A DNA stretch of 64,000 bases from Octopus vulgaris (Eukaryota): NCBI GenBank assembly GCA_951406725.2, contig OX597824.1:70618001-70682000 (forward strand). The letters run 5' to 3'. The stretch's first letter is position 1. The number at the start of each line of letters is the position of its first letter. The translations under genes and the position numbers were made by a program. Of the stretch, positions 11,111 to 24,132 are shown piece after piece. Below the pieces are notes generated by a model, which was not told the DNA's origin, made no database searches, and saw nothing but the letters and a program-made list of their open reading frames with translations.

Positions 11111-12428
11111 GCATGTTAGTAATAACGATGAAATATATAAAAACGGTGTGACAAAATATAATATTAATAATAGTAATAATAATAAAAATAATGAAGATGT
11201 TGGTAATAATGGTAAAATAAGATAATAATAGATAAAATATGATGTTACAAAAAATGAAATGAATATAAAAATAACTAATAAAACATTGTTTTTTTAGTGT
11301 TCATTTGTGTGAGGGAGGGGTGGATTTTTTTTTAAACTTTTTTTTTGGTTTCTTTTTGATTGAGTAGACTTAAGGGTTTGGGATACGTCTGAGGTGTGAT
11401 GGAGGTGTGAGTCAAACAAAAGATGTGCAGGAATCTATGTTGGAATGGATTGATCATAAGACGAGCTGAAGGAAGCGGTGTCAAGACATTAATCTGCTTA
11501 GAAGATGGTTTAATACATTTTGTGTGTGTGTGTGGTGGTCTAGTGTGGTCTCTAGTTGTTTTCTTGATGTTTGTAAGAAGGGTGAAAGCATTATCCCAAG
11601 CTGAACATCCCATTAGGTATAAGAGGCTACATATATATATATATATATATACATACACACACACACACATGCACACATATATTTGTGTATTTATGTACAC
11701 ATGCATACCCACATACATATACATACTCAAGCACAAATATGCACGCTGGTCTTCATCAGCCTTACACAAAGTATGTGTATAAATATACTAAAATAATCTG
11801 AAGACGATGTAAATATAAAAATTATCCGTGAAGCAATACACACGCACGTGTGTGTATGTATATATATAGATGTATATATAAGACACATAAAGACTACAAA
11901 AATATCAAGACAGACTTTCTCTCTTCTGTGTATATGTGTACACATACACATGCACACACACACACAGAGAGGGAGTGAAAGAGAGAGAGTGAGAGTGATG
12001 GTCTTTTGGTTATTTCTTTGTTAGCTAAGAATGGCAAAACACATTGCTTTCCGTGGCTAAATTTAGCCAAATGTACCATTAAACATAATGAGAAGTGTGA
12101 TAATGTCTTACAGTTTTATGGGTTTTAAATATCACTCACACACACACATACACACATACACACAAATGCACATATTCATATATGATTATGTGTGTAATTA
12201 TAAATAGGTGCACATGGTCATATGGTGAAGATCCGGTTTCGATTTCATTGCATGGCACCTGAGACAAGTGTCTTCTGACAGGGGTTTGTGTTCTACCCAA
12301 GATTTGTGACATGGAATTTGGTAGATGGACATTATAGTAGGCTATGCCAGTAATTCAGTGTTTTGCTAATTTCTACCTGAGGATTTACATTATGTGGAAT
12401 ACGGAGTGGTAGTTTCACTTTATCACAA

Positions 12429-12810
12429 ACTAACAGTATCGCCTGGCGTTGCTCGGGTTTGTTCCGACCCTTTAGAATTGGAATTTTTGAAAAGTAAAAA
12501 TTTTGTATTATGTAGCTTGTTATTCTCTTTAAGTGAACATTTTTCTGGTTGAAATACACCAAAAAATGGCGACACAGCAGTAAAAAAATCGGGATTTTCA
12601 TAGAAAAAAGCATCTTTTTGATGTAAATAATTTTTGGTGTTAACATGGTCTGATTTGAATTTTTTTTCTACGGAAGGAAGAGCAAGCCTTCTTTTATCAT
12701 ACTCTCAATTTTGGTCAACTTGCGCCACAGAGTCTCGGAGGAGATAATATTGGTTGAAGGCTACCAAACCTGCAATACAGAGACAACTTCAGCTTTATAT
12801 ATAGAGAGAG
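12429..12810 (+). mobile_element. Probable non-autonomous Helitron-type element (Lep1/DINE-like architecture)
   Basis: 5' ACTAACAGTATCGCCTGGCGTTGCTCGGG (short hairpin after ACTA) and 3' CTTTATATATAGAG. No TIR or TSD. Confidence 0.4.
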
Positions 12811-12892
12811 ATATACCATACACATATACACACATACCCATGCGAACACATGTATACATATATACATGTGCACACATACACACTTGTATGTG

Positions 12893-12935
<43 letters not shown>

Positions 12936-13626
12936 TTTTTTTTTTTTTAACTAGTTTCAGTCATTTGACTGTGGCCATGCTGGAGCACTGCGTTAAAGGG
13001 TTTTAGTTGAAGAAATCAACCTCAGGACTTATTCTTTGTAAACCTGGTACTTATTCCTATCAATCTCTTTTGCTGAACTCTAAGTTACGGGGATGTAAAC
13101 ACACCAACATCTGCTGTCAAGGAATGGCGGGGCGGGGAGACAACCACACACAAACACACACATAAATATATACATGTATGTATTTATGTATGTGTGTGTG
13201 TATATATATATATATACACGCAGGAGTGGCTGTGTGGTAAGTAGCTTACATTGCTCACATCTGTGCAAACGAGGGTAGGTCCCTTGCAGGACTGAAAAGC
13301 CACATACTTGCTGGTTATGCTTAAGAGAACAATCAAGTGAGAGCATGTCTCAAAATCAAGTTGCAGCCATGTGTCTATGTGCAATGGCCTTCTGTACACA
13401 TTTTGTTTATCAGATTTCACCTTACAAGATATTGGTCGAACAAAGGCTGTAGCAGAAGATGGTATACAATGAGATTGCATCTGAAGCCAAATGGCTAAAG
13501 AAGTGCTTCTGAACCACACAGCTATGCCGTGCATGCGTGTGTATAGCCATGTTGTAAGAATATGAATGAGTGTGTGTGTGTGGTGGCCAAGTTGTAAGAA
13601 TATGAATGAGTCCATTTTCAATATAT

Positions 13627-13856
13627 ATTTCTTTACTGCCCACAAGGGGCTAAACACAGAGGGGACAAACAAGGACAGACAAACGGATTAAGTGGTTTAT
13701 ATCGACCCCAGTGCGTAACTGGTACTTAATTTATCGACCCCGGAAGGATGAAAGGCAAAGTCGACCTCGACGGAATTTGAACTCAGGACGTAATGGCAGA
13801 CAAAATATGGCTACGCATTTCGCCCGGCGCGCTAACGGTTCTGCTAGCTCGCCGCC
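13627..13856 (-). mobile_element. tRNA-SINE family B, young copy
   Basis: CpG-rich intact head GGCGGCGAGCTAGCAGAACCGTTAGCGCGCCGGGCGAAATG, B box GAGTTCAAATTCC, and tail AAAGAAAT. Confidence 0.9.
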
Positions 13857-13984
13857 TTAAAAATATACTTGATATATTCAACATAGTTCTTTCACAGTTG
13901 CAGACAAGTAAGATTACTAGACAGATAGGTATCTTCCATGTATGTCTGTGTTAAGCTGGAAAGAAAGACTTGTTGCATTTCAAG

Positions 13985-15500
13985 TTAGAAAAGAAACAAA
14001 TGCTTCTTTGATCTTAATTGATATATTTCATTAAGATAACACTTCCCCTTGTGATTGATAACATTATACCATCTATCTGGCAAATCCTTGATTCCTTGAG
14101 CACAAAAGTTTTCTGCTTTTAAAGCTAAGGAATGCTTGATATCATTTTTAACATCTTCACAATTCATGGATTATTTCCCCTTCTAAGTAATGTTGCTATG
14201 ATCTGCAAAGATGATGGTTAGATGGAGTGCGATCAAGAGAGTAAGGAGGATGAAACAAAACTTCTATATTTAGTGCCATAATCTTTTCCTCAATGACTTA
14301 AGCAACATGTGGTCTTGTGTTATTGTGTAAGAGCAACATCCCTTTAAGACTGACCTATGATGGATGCATTTTCTGCAAATTTTTGTGCAATGCTTCCAAC
14401 TAGCAAAAATACTTCTCTGCATAAACCATTATGTTTTGGTTTAACATCTTATGATTGATGACATCCTTCGTATCACACCAAACAGTGAGCAGTCCTGGTT
14501 TGGTGATGGACCTGCCTTTTCTGTTGAGTGCTAACCATTGACATTTTTAGTGGAGGTGCATGGCTTAGTGGTTAGGGTGTTAGACTCAGTGTTGTAAGAA
14601 TGTGGTTTCGACTCCTGGATTGGGTGTTGCTTTGTGTTCTTGAGCAAAACACTTCATTTCACATTGCTCCAATCTTTTCAGCTGGTAAAAATGAGTAATC
14701 CTGTGATGGACTGGCATCCCATCCAGGGGAGGAATTTATATATCATGAAACCGGGAAACCAGCCCTTATGAGTCAGCATGACTCCAGAAGGTAACTTTAC
14801 CTTACTTTACTTCATTTGATGTTGCTCCAGGTCCACTCAGCTGGTAAAAATGAATAATCCTGCAATGGACTGGGAACCCTGTCCAGAGATGGGGGAATAT
14901 ATATGACATGGAAACTGGGAAAACAGCCCTATGAATCTATATGACCCACAAAAGATCTTTATCCTATCGTCGTTTTCATTGGATATGATTATAGGGAACT
15001 CACTTTTCATCACTTATAATGATTCTACCCAGGAGGGCTTTGGCAGCAAGTCTACTTTCAAATGACAAGCAGAAAGCAACTCTTTGATTAAAGCAAGAAG
15101 TAGTCAGATGATGAGAAACCTACTGACCAATTTTAGACATTTTTTTCTTAGTTCACGAACACATTTTATAATTGAAGTATGACTAGAATTCACCTGTTCT
15201 GCTAATTCTTATGCAGTTTATTTTGGATTTTCTTCAACTACAGTTTTCAGACAATGCTCAATATCTATAGTAGTTGGTTGACCAGGTCAAGAGGAGTCTT
15301 TGTAAGAAAACTTTCCTGAGCAAAACTGGCCAAACCATTATCGACATTTCTCGATACCTAAAGCTTCATTTCCTTTGGTGGAATGACTGTTTCATGCCAC
15401 TTCCATTGCTGAAGATCCTCTTTTAAATTCACATAGTATGTATGCAATATCTGATATGGGTCTCTTCTAAGCTCATTTTTTAAGGGTAAAATTTATATGA
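13985..15500 (-). pseudogene. Decayed mariner-type transposase, interrupted by SINEs
   Basis: Minus-strand remnants RIIISDEK*VPYN (cf. ITGDEKW), LLLHNNTRPHVA (cf. LHDNARPH), PYSLDRTPSNHHL (cf. YSPDLAPSDYHL) and GIKDLPDRWYNVINHKGK. Confidence 0.8.
14551..14960 (+). mobile_element. tRNA-SINE family C (full copy plus duplicated 3' part)
   Basis: GGAGGTGCATGGCTTAGTGGTTAGGG...GGTTTCGACTCC head, CTTGAGCAAAACACTT core and (CTTTA)n tail. Confidence 0.75.
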
Positions 15501-15599
15501 AGTTAACCACTGTGGTATGAAGTAATCTACAAAGAAAGGAAGAAAAGGAAAAATACTGTTAGAATGTAAAATTAATGCTTAATTTTACTGTTGGAATTG

Positions 15600-16073
15600 G
15601 AAAATTATCCTTAGAGCGTAGGCGGGAAAGATATGCCATAATATACATCTGGATGATCCTGGAAGGACTTGTCCCAAACTTTGGCATCAAGAGTTACACA
15701 AATACTAGAACTGGGTGCCACTGCATAGTGCCAAGGACTTCAAATTTGCCATCAAGATGTATGACAAGATACTGCAATAGCCTGGGCTTTAGAGGTCCAC
15801 AGCTCTTCACTATCTTCCCGAAGGACCTGAGAAACCTGCATGGGGTGGATGTAGGTGTCTTCAAAATAAAGCTGGACCTCTTCCTGTCAGGTGTCCCAGA
15901 TGAACCAACTTCACGGCAGGAGGTGCAGATGAGGGCAGCTGCATCAAACTCTCTCATGCACCAAATGTCAATTGCTAAAAAGCATTCGTGAAGTAAAATC
16001 ATGTAGCAACACCAAATGGCAGTGCCCCAGCATGGCCACAGCTCGTGAGCTGAAACTAGGTGAAATAAAAAAA
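15600..16073 (+). mobile_element. 3' end of a CR1/L2-group LINE (ORF2 C-terminus, short 3' UTR, A-tail)
   Basis: SLERRRERYAIIYIWMILEGLVPN...SLGFRGPQLF..FPKDLRN...FKIKLDLFLSGVPDEP, then a stem-loop tail and A run. A tail-only copy lies at 20748-20797. Confidence 0.8.
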
Positions 16074-16360
16074 TTTAAAATAAATGTCAAAAATGCAACA
16101 AGGCTTTATTTCCAACTTAATTTGTGTATAAAGGATAAAGTGTGTGCACACACATGCTACATGCATGCACACACACACAGGGTAAAATGCAATGTAATGA
16201 ATGAGGTAATTGTTTGATAATATTGCCAAAATGTTTGGTGGTTCCAATTTTGCCCAGTCCTGTAAGACACCTCCCACCTTTACCTTTTGCTGTGGAGGTG
16301 TTATGTATATATATATTCTACTGAATCAACTTCAGTATGTTACTGGTATTAAATGTATTA

Positions 16361-16593
16361 AGGCCGCGAGCTGGTAGAAACGTTAGCACGCAGGGCGAAA
16401 TGCTTAGCGGTATTTCGTCTGGCGCTATGTTCTGAGTTCAAATTCTGCCAAGGTCGACTTTGCCTTTCATCCTTTTGGGGTCGATTAAATAAGTACCAGT
16501 TATGCACTGGGATCGATATAATCGACTTAATCCGTATGTCTGCCCTTGTTTGTCCTCTCTGTGTGTACCCCCTTGTGGGTAGTAAAGAAATAG
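16361..16593 (+). mobile_element. tRNA-SINE family B
   Basis: Colinear with 13627-13856. Confidence 0.9.
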
Positions 16594-17110
16594 GTATTAA
16601 ATGTTTTGGAGCCCCCACCCCACCCCTAATTTGGAAAGCGAAAGCATCAACCATTGCTGGATTTGAACTCTAACTGTAAAGGAATAAGAACAGATGTCTC
16701 TCCACATGATCAATAGCTATCTTCAGTTTGAGAGTGTGTGTGTGAGTTTATGTTGGTAGTTTGTGTTTATATATTCTGTGTTTGTGTGTTTGAATATTTG
16801 GGATGCGTGCGTGTGTATGTTGATATCAGTATATGTATATTTTGTTTGTTCTTTGTGTTATTTCTAATTATGTATGTGGGTGATGGATGTTTTGTGTATG
16901 TATCTGCGTATTGGTGTGTCTTTCTCTGTGTCTTTATGCATATATGTAACTCTGTATGTATTTGTGTAATTTTATAAGTGTATTAGAAAGTATGTATGTA
17001 TGTGTGGGTGTTTGATTTTGCCTTGCCATCCACTTTGCTTAAGAATGGTTGAAACTTTTATTCTAAGCATCTACTCACCAATGCACCCATCTTCTTCCAC
17101 ATTCCTCTTC

Positions 17111-17151
<41 letters not shown>

Positions 17152-17246
17152 GTAATAATAAATTTAATAGTGATGATGGTGATAAAAGTAAGGATGCTAA
17201 TGATAATGATGATAATATTAATAATAATGATGATGATGATAATGAT

Positions 17247-17280
<34 letters not shown>

Positions 17281-17629
17281 GCAATAAAAGTAGACAAGAG
17301 AAAATAAATAAAACCTTTGATTCCATTAATTTAATGTAGATTTGAATCTGCAACCATTTTTGGTAAAAAGTTGTTGCTATGCCAGAGTCTGGCAGTGGAC
17401 AGAAAGAAAAGCTAGTCCTTTCCACACAAGAACTCTGGCTTCTGAGGTTTTTCTTCTTTTGGGATGGCTTTGCTTTCTTTCTGTTTGTTTTCATCCCCCC
17501 CTCTCTCTCTCTCGTAAAGATATATGAATACAACTATATATGATGTGTGTATATTTGTAATCATTAGTGTGTTAAATATGTATGTGTGTATATATATATA
17601 TACATACACACACATGCACAGAAATACAC

Positions 17630-17673
<44 letters not shown>

Positions 17674-17793
17674 CTCTATATATCATGTATGTATGTATGT
17701 GTGTGTATATATATATACACACACACACTTTTCAGTGTACATGGGATCATAAAAGCGGTTGTTGTGTATTACAAATATATTTGTATATGTGCA

Positions 17794-17826
<33 letters not shown>

Positions 17827-17926
17827 TTATGTTTCTTATTTATTTGTTAATTCTTGTTTGTTTCTTTGCACTTCTGGAATAAAAGAAAATGTTATTTATT
17901 GATTATTAATAACATTAATAATAATA

Positions 17927-17962
<36 letters not shown>

Positions 17963-18697
17963 GATATAATAACAATGAAGATATTAGCATCAACAAAGTT
18001 AATAATTGTGATGATGATGGTGATGGTGATGATGATGGTGGTGGTGGTGGTGATTGTGGTGGTGGTGGTAGTGATAATAAAATAATGAATGCAATATTGA
18101 TTTGTTGATTAGATGTTAAGTTTTGAGGTTCTTAGGCAGGGTGGTCGGTAGGGTGTCAGAGCAGTAGTGTGGTGGTGGTGGCAGTGATGGTGGTGAAATC
18201 AACAGGAGCACTGGTGATATAGTTGAGTTATCTTCAGGAAAAGAACTTAAGAAATTATATCCATGGGGGTTTTGTTTCCGCTTCTTTTTTGTGTTTTCTT
18301 TTTCTTGATTTGGATGGATGAAACAACTGGATATATATATATATATATATATGCACACACACACACACACACATACAGGCACATATACATATATATGTAT
18401 ATATTGCATTTGAGAATTGTTAAATTATTGTTGATATAGATAGAACGTTTAGTTAGATAGATTGATTGATGAGGTTTATATAATGCCAGATTAAAAGGAT
18501 ATATAGATTGGTTGAAGTTAAGACATGTATACACATATTACTTGATTAGTTGCATACAGACACATAGATATATAGTATTGATATTTATATATGCATGTAT
18601 ATATATATGGGTGTGTATTTATATATTTATATATAAATAGAGGTATATGTGTATGTATATATATATATATATAAATAGAGAGAGAGAGAGGTATATA

Positions 18698-18750
<53 letters not shown>

Positions 18751-19094
18751 ATTTCAAAGCAGTGAAGAAGAGAATACTAAATTTAAAAATAAACCCAACA
18801 ATTATTTGTAAAAAGAAAAAAGGGGGAGGTGGGGATTACAATAATAATAATGAAATGAAACCAATAAACATTTAAAAAAAAAAATAATGTAAAACCATAA
18901 CGAAAAATTAATGATATTCCCTCATCGCTGACTTCTTCCCAATATAAGTAAAAACAAGCATGAAAAATGTATATACTCGTTTGTGTGTGTGTATATAGCT
19001 GAAGAAAGGATATACAAGAACTGAAAATTAGAAAGGAGGTCAAGAGTATTAAAAATTTCGTTATACATACATCAGTGTAACTTATATTGTACGT

Positions 19095-19180
<86 letters not shown>

Positions 19181-19242
19181 GTGTTGGTGTTTGTGTGTGT
19201 ACATATATGTATCTGTGTGTGTGTGTGTGTGTGTGTCTGTAG

Positions 19243-19555
19243 ATGCATGGTTTTGTGGTTGGCATGTTGCACTCGTGATTTCAAGATCATGGTTTCAATT
19301 TTCAAACCGAGTAGTGCATCATGTTCTTGAGCAAAACTCTTCATTTCATGTTGCCTTGCAATTACCGTGACATCTGACGTTTGGCATGCACCATGCACCT
19401 GTACAGGTGGATTTGATTTGATGGAGAAAGTAAGCCAATGTACAGCACATACACTTGATCATTGTAAAAAAAAATCAAAAAATCGTCTGAGCAGGTTGTT
19501 CAGCAAGAAGTTATATGACCCTCTCTTGTTATTTACAAAAGGAGAGTCCACCATA
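19243..19555 (+). mobile_element. tRNA-SINE related to family C, degenerate
   Basis: GATGCATGGTTTTGTGGTT head and GTTCTTGAGCAAAACTCTTCATTTCA core. Confidence 0.55.
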
Positions 19556-19566
19556 TATATATGATA

Positions 19567-19852
19567 ATTGCCAGTGCCGCCCCGACTGGCCTCCGTGCCA
19601 GTGGCACGTAAAAAGCACCATCCAATCGTGGCCGTTGCCAGCCCTGTCTGGCACCTGTGCTGGTGGCACGTAAAAAGCACCCACTACACTCACGGAGTGG
19701 TTAGCGTTAGGAAGGGCATCCAGCCATAGAAACATTGCCAGATCAGACTGGGCCTGGTGCAGCCTTCTGGCTTCCCAGACCCCAGTTGAACCGTCCAACC
19801 CATGCTAGCATGGAAAGCAGATACTAAACGATGATGATGATGATGATGATGA
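19567..19852 (+). mobile_element. RTE LINE 3' UTR fragment
   Basis: Two modules, conserved terminus and (GAT)n tail. Confidence 0.85.
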
Positions 19853-19860
19853 ATTTATGG

Positions 19861-20606
19861 CAGTGGTTCTCAACCATTTTTTATCTATGAACTCTTTTGT
19901 TTCCCATTTTACTTGGGTGGACCCTCATATCATCATCATCATCATCATTATTTAGAGTCTGCTTTCCATGCTGGCATGGGTTAAATGGTGTAACTGGAAC
20001 TAGTAAGCCAGAGGGCTGCACCAGGTTCTAGTCTGATTCTGCATGGTTTCTACGGCTGGAGGCCCTTCCTAATGCCAGCCACTCCAAGAATGTAGTGGGT
20101 GCTTTTTACATGCCACCGGCATCAACCATAACTATGATTTCACTTGGCTTGACAAGTTTTCCCAAGCATGACATATCACCATAGGTCTTAGTCTCTTATC
20201 ATCTCCATAAGGCCTAATGTTTGAAGGGTGCCTTTTACGTGCCTGTTATGTAACACCAGTACTGGCCACAACTACAGTTTCACTTGGCTTGATGGGTTAT
20301 GGTTAAACCATTCCATGTTTAAAAAAATCCTATTATATTTTTAATTATATTTTTGTAATTAAATATTAGGAATTGCATAAAGAAAAATTGTTAAAATATT
20401 TGGGGTACTGTAAAAGTGTAACCAATTCATTGCATGTAAGTTTTAACAACAAAATATTATATGGACCCCTGTTGAAATCCAATGATTTATTGACTGCACA
20501 CAGAGCAGCGAGAATCCAAACGACAATGTATCAATTGTTTATACATTCTGGCAGATACAAATTTGAATATCTGAGCACAATTATTTTACCCCGTTGGAGA
20601 ACAACG
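19861..20606. mobile_element. hAT-type MITE with nested minus-strand LINE 3' UTR (19931-20295)
   Basis: Left terminus CAGTGGTTCTCAACC and degenerate right terminus GTTGGAGAACAACG. Confidence 0.5.
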
Positions 20607-21239
20607 CCACACTGTAGACGATAGATGTTTATAATATATGTGATTTACCTGTGTAAGGGGAGATTGAGACATCACATACTCACTTCCATTTCCCTTATTA
20701 TACTAGGTTCTTTCTCCCATTCATCCCAGTTTTTTTTTTTGCAATTGGCCCCAGCATGGCCACAGCTTGTGAGCTGAAACTAGATGAAAAAAAAAAAATT
20801 TAAATTGGCCTTTCTTCCACCCAGTCTATTAATTATATTGCCTCATATGGATAGAAATGATGTAGCTTGTTAAGGATCCTATTTTGTTTCAGTGGGCACA
20901 GGGTAACATTACTATTGCTAGGAATCCACATTAGACTGCACCCATGTTCTGTAAAGTGGTATGTAATGCTCATAATGTAGGGTTGAGAAGATCCTTAGTT
21001 TTGTCTTGGTAAGAACAGGATAGCCCCCCTCGTGTTAGTGCCAGTGTTAAATGCACTCTGTACATAAAGTTTATAAAATGGTTAATGATCAGAAGGTGAT
21101 CCAACCAAATGTTGTTGTGCCAAACTTAATTATGTCAGTCATCTAGGACAAAAATAACTGCACTGGTTGTGAGACCATTCATAATCTGGGATGGAAAGAA
21201 AATGTAAAATGATGATGATAATGAGAAGGATATCTAATG

Positions 21240-21605
21240 CTTGTTCCAGTCATTTGACTGCAGTCATGCTGGGACACGATCTTGCAGATTTTTCGTTGAA
21301 CAAATCAACCCTAGGTCTTATTTTTTTGAAGCCTTGTATTTATTGTATCTGTCTCTTCTGCTGAACTGCAAAGTTACTGGGGTGAAACGCACCAACACTG
21401 GTTGTCAAGTGACGGTGAGGGACAAACACAGAGACATATGCATATATATATATATGATGGGCTTCTTTCAGTGTCCTTCTAGTAAATGTACTCACAAGTC
21501 TTTGGTTGGACTACAGTAGAAGGCACTTGCTGAAGGTGCATGTAGTGGGACTGAACCTGGAACCATGTGGTTGGAAAGCAAGCATCTTACCACACACATG
21601 CCTGC
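21240..21605 (-). mobile_element. tRNA-SINE family A, old copy
   Basis: Degenerate reverse complement of family A. Confidence 0.75.
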
Positions 21606-22150
21606 ACATTAAGAATTTAGGAACTTTAGAGAGAATGTGAAATAATACATTTTTAACTGCAGAACTCAAAGTAGATAAAGCTATAAATTATAACTTGTAA
21701 ATATTGGGTTAAAAACCATTTGGGATGGATAAAGTTGAAAGCTGCCCATTAAGAACAAATTATGATATATGTATAAATGTATATACTTATATATGGATAT
21801 TTTACAAAGTAGTGCTGACAGACAAGGAGATTTACACAAAAATCCAACAGATACCACAGACAGGCGTAAACCAGTCTGATCCCTTCATCAGTTGTGAATT
21901 GGAGATCATAACTATTTCTACACATTAGACAGTGGTGATCTTTCCAATGATACACACATCCCATTAAAATCTTGAGGGTACAGACAAGTGTGTGTGTGAA
22001 AAACAATCAATGAGAAAAATATTAATTATGCAACGACAAATTTAGGACATCATCTTCATTTAGGATCCATTTTCCATGATGGTTTGACAGGAGCCAGTGA
22101 GCTGTAAGGCCATGTTGTCAGGCTTCGTTGTTTAGTGTAGTATGGTTTTT

Positions 22151-22254
22151 ACGTTGAAAGCACCAGTTCTCATCCGATCACCGAAGTTAAGTAACATTGA
22201 GCCTAGTTAGTACTTATATGGGTGACCGCTTGGGAAACCTTGGTGCTGTAAGCA
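22151..22254 (+). pseudogene. 5S rRNA pseudogene (5'-truncated retrocopy)
   Basis: ACGTTGAAAGCACCAGTTCTCATCCGATCACCGAAGTTAAG...GTTAGTACTTATATGGGTGACCGCTTGGGAAACCTTGGTGCTGTAAGC follows the metazoan 5S sequence. It lacks the first ~15 nt, and box C is mutated (GGATGGG to ATATGGG). Confidence 0.88.
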
Positions 22255-22327
22255 TTCCTTCACTTTAGTAAAGAAATGGGTTTCTACTGCAAGATAACCT
22301 TCTGAATCTCAACTATTTTACACAGTG

Positions 22328-22733
22328 TACTCTTTTACTCTTTTATTTGTTTCAGTCATTTGACTGTGGCCATGCTGGAGCACCGCCTTTAGTCGAGCAA
22401 ATCGACCCCGGGACTTATTCTTTGTAAGACCAGTACTTATTCTATCGGTCTATTTTTGCCGAACCGCTAAGTGACGGGGACGTAAACACACCAGCATCGG
22501 TTGTCAAGCAATGCTAGGGAGACAAACACACACACACACAAACACACACACATATATATATACATATATACGACAGGCTTCTTTCAGCTTCCGTCTACCA
22601 AATCCACTCACAAGGCATTGGTCGGCCCGGGGCTATAGCAGAAGACACTTGCCCAAGATGCCATGCAGTGGGAGTGAACCCGGAACCATGTGGTTGGTTA
22701 GCAAGCTACTTACCACACAGCCACTCCTGCGCC
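22328..22733 (-). mobile_element. tRNA-SINE family A, young copy
   Basis: Near-identical reverse complement of 40242-40651. Confidence 0.9.
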
Positions 22734-23782
22734 TATTTTTTTTTTTTTTGTCACCAGAACTAAGGTTGCCAAGTAATTTGCAAGACTTAGAAGAATATAG
22801 AGTGGAAAGGGGAGAAAGTGGTTTAGTGGTTTACTTTATACCAGATGCTAAAAGGCTCAGGTGGGACAGAAGGACAAGCACAGGTGTCTTGTCATAGGGG
22901 AAATTATATAGCTGCCCTACTCCTCTGTATGATATACAGAGCTGAGTGAAAGTATTTGAGGGGATAATAAGAACGTAGTGATGGGAGTGAGTGCAAGGGG
23001 ATAATGAAGAACTTGTCTTTTGTGTTGAATATTAAATAAATGCATAAAGGAAAATAATAGAGAACCTTGCAGCCTTAAACAACCAAGAGAGATGGAAATA
23101 AAAATTCAGTCACTGTGAAAGAGGAGGAAAGGAACAAACCTAGATGAGAATGAGGGAAGGAAGCAGGTGGAAGGTAGAAATATTTTGTGAGGAAGACAGA
23201 GGGTCAGGGGATAGTAGCAGGTAAGTGAAGGTAGAGAGATTTGGGCTGAAAAAGAAGAGGAAGGAAATTGAGAAATTGGGCGAATCTGGTGGAAGAGCAA
23301 GAGAGAGAGAGAGAAAAGGACTTCAGCTGAAAGAAAACAGTGAGTGTTATGTATGTATGTATGTAGGTATATATGTTGTTATATGTGTGTGTATATATGT
23401 ATGTGTTTGTATAGATGTATGTTTATGTATGTAGGTATGTGTCGTATATGTGTATATGTACGTTACACACACACACGTGTGTGTGTATATGCATCTGTAT
23501 GTGTGTATATATATATTTATATATATATGTACACACACACACACACATTTACCAATAAAAGTATGGTAGACACACTCTTGATATAGTTGTTTTTTGGTGG
23601 GGTTTTGTCTGTTTTTCTTTTCTTTTTTTTTATCATTTTATACCATTTTTGAGAAGAGGTCTGTCTTTGTTTCTGTTGAGAATTTGCTTCTTTTCCGTCC
23701 CACCACCACCACCACCATCTCTCTTCTCTCCTTCTCTTGAAGAAGAAATCAGCATCAGCAACAAAGAAAATCTTATTTGATT

Positions 23783-23796
23783 GTTGCCATGGTTAC
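23783..23796. promoter_or_regulatory. RFX X-box motif
   Basis: GTTGCCATGGTTAC (reverse complement GTAACCATGGCAAC) in unique sequence. Confidence 0.4.
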
Positions 23797-24132
23797 ACAG
23801 ACAAAACAAAAATCTGCATGAAAGGCAGTCATCGGTATGTGGATGTTTCCGGTGTAGTTTGGGGCAGTTAAATATGGACATGTGTGGGGTGAAGTGAGGT
23901 GGGTGGGGGGTTATCGGTGCTAGTGGTTTGAAGATTTTTCTAAGGTGCCTTTTACCAATTTCTAATAGAAATAGTTTCTATATTGTTGTTGTTCTTTTTC
24001 TTCTTTGTTAATTGTCCACAACTAAAAAGTTTAGTCTATCTCTGTCTCTATACTATCATCAATTGGTTCTATTAGATTATCTCTCTCTCTCTCTCATGAT
24101 CGATCTCTATATACATAAATGTGTGTGTGTGT

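Noticed and set aside
15575-15991. Host protein-coding gene (138-aa ORF), likewise 9759-10223 and 60768-61163
   Set aside because: These are truncated LINE ORF2 C-termini with fortuitous upstream starts and retroelement tails.
22151-22254. Functional 5S rRNA gene
   Set aside because: The 5' end needed for helix I is missing, box C is mutated, there is no oligo-T terminator, and it is a solitary copy inside another repeat.
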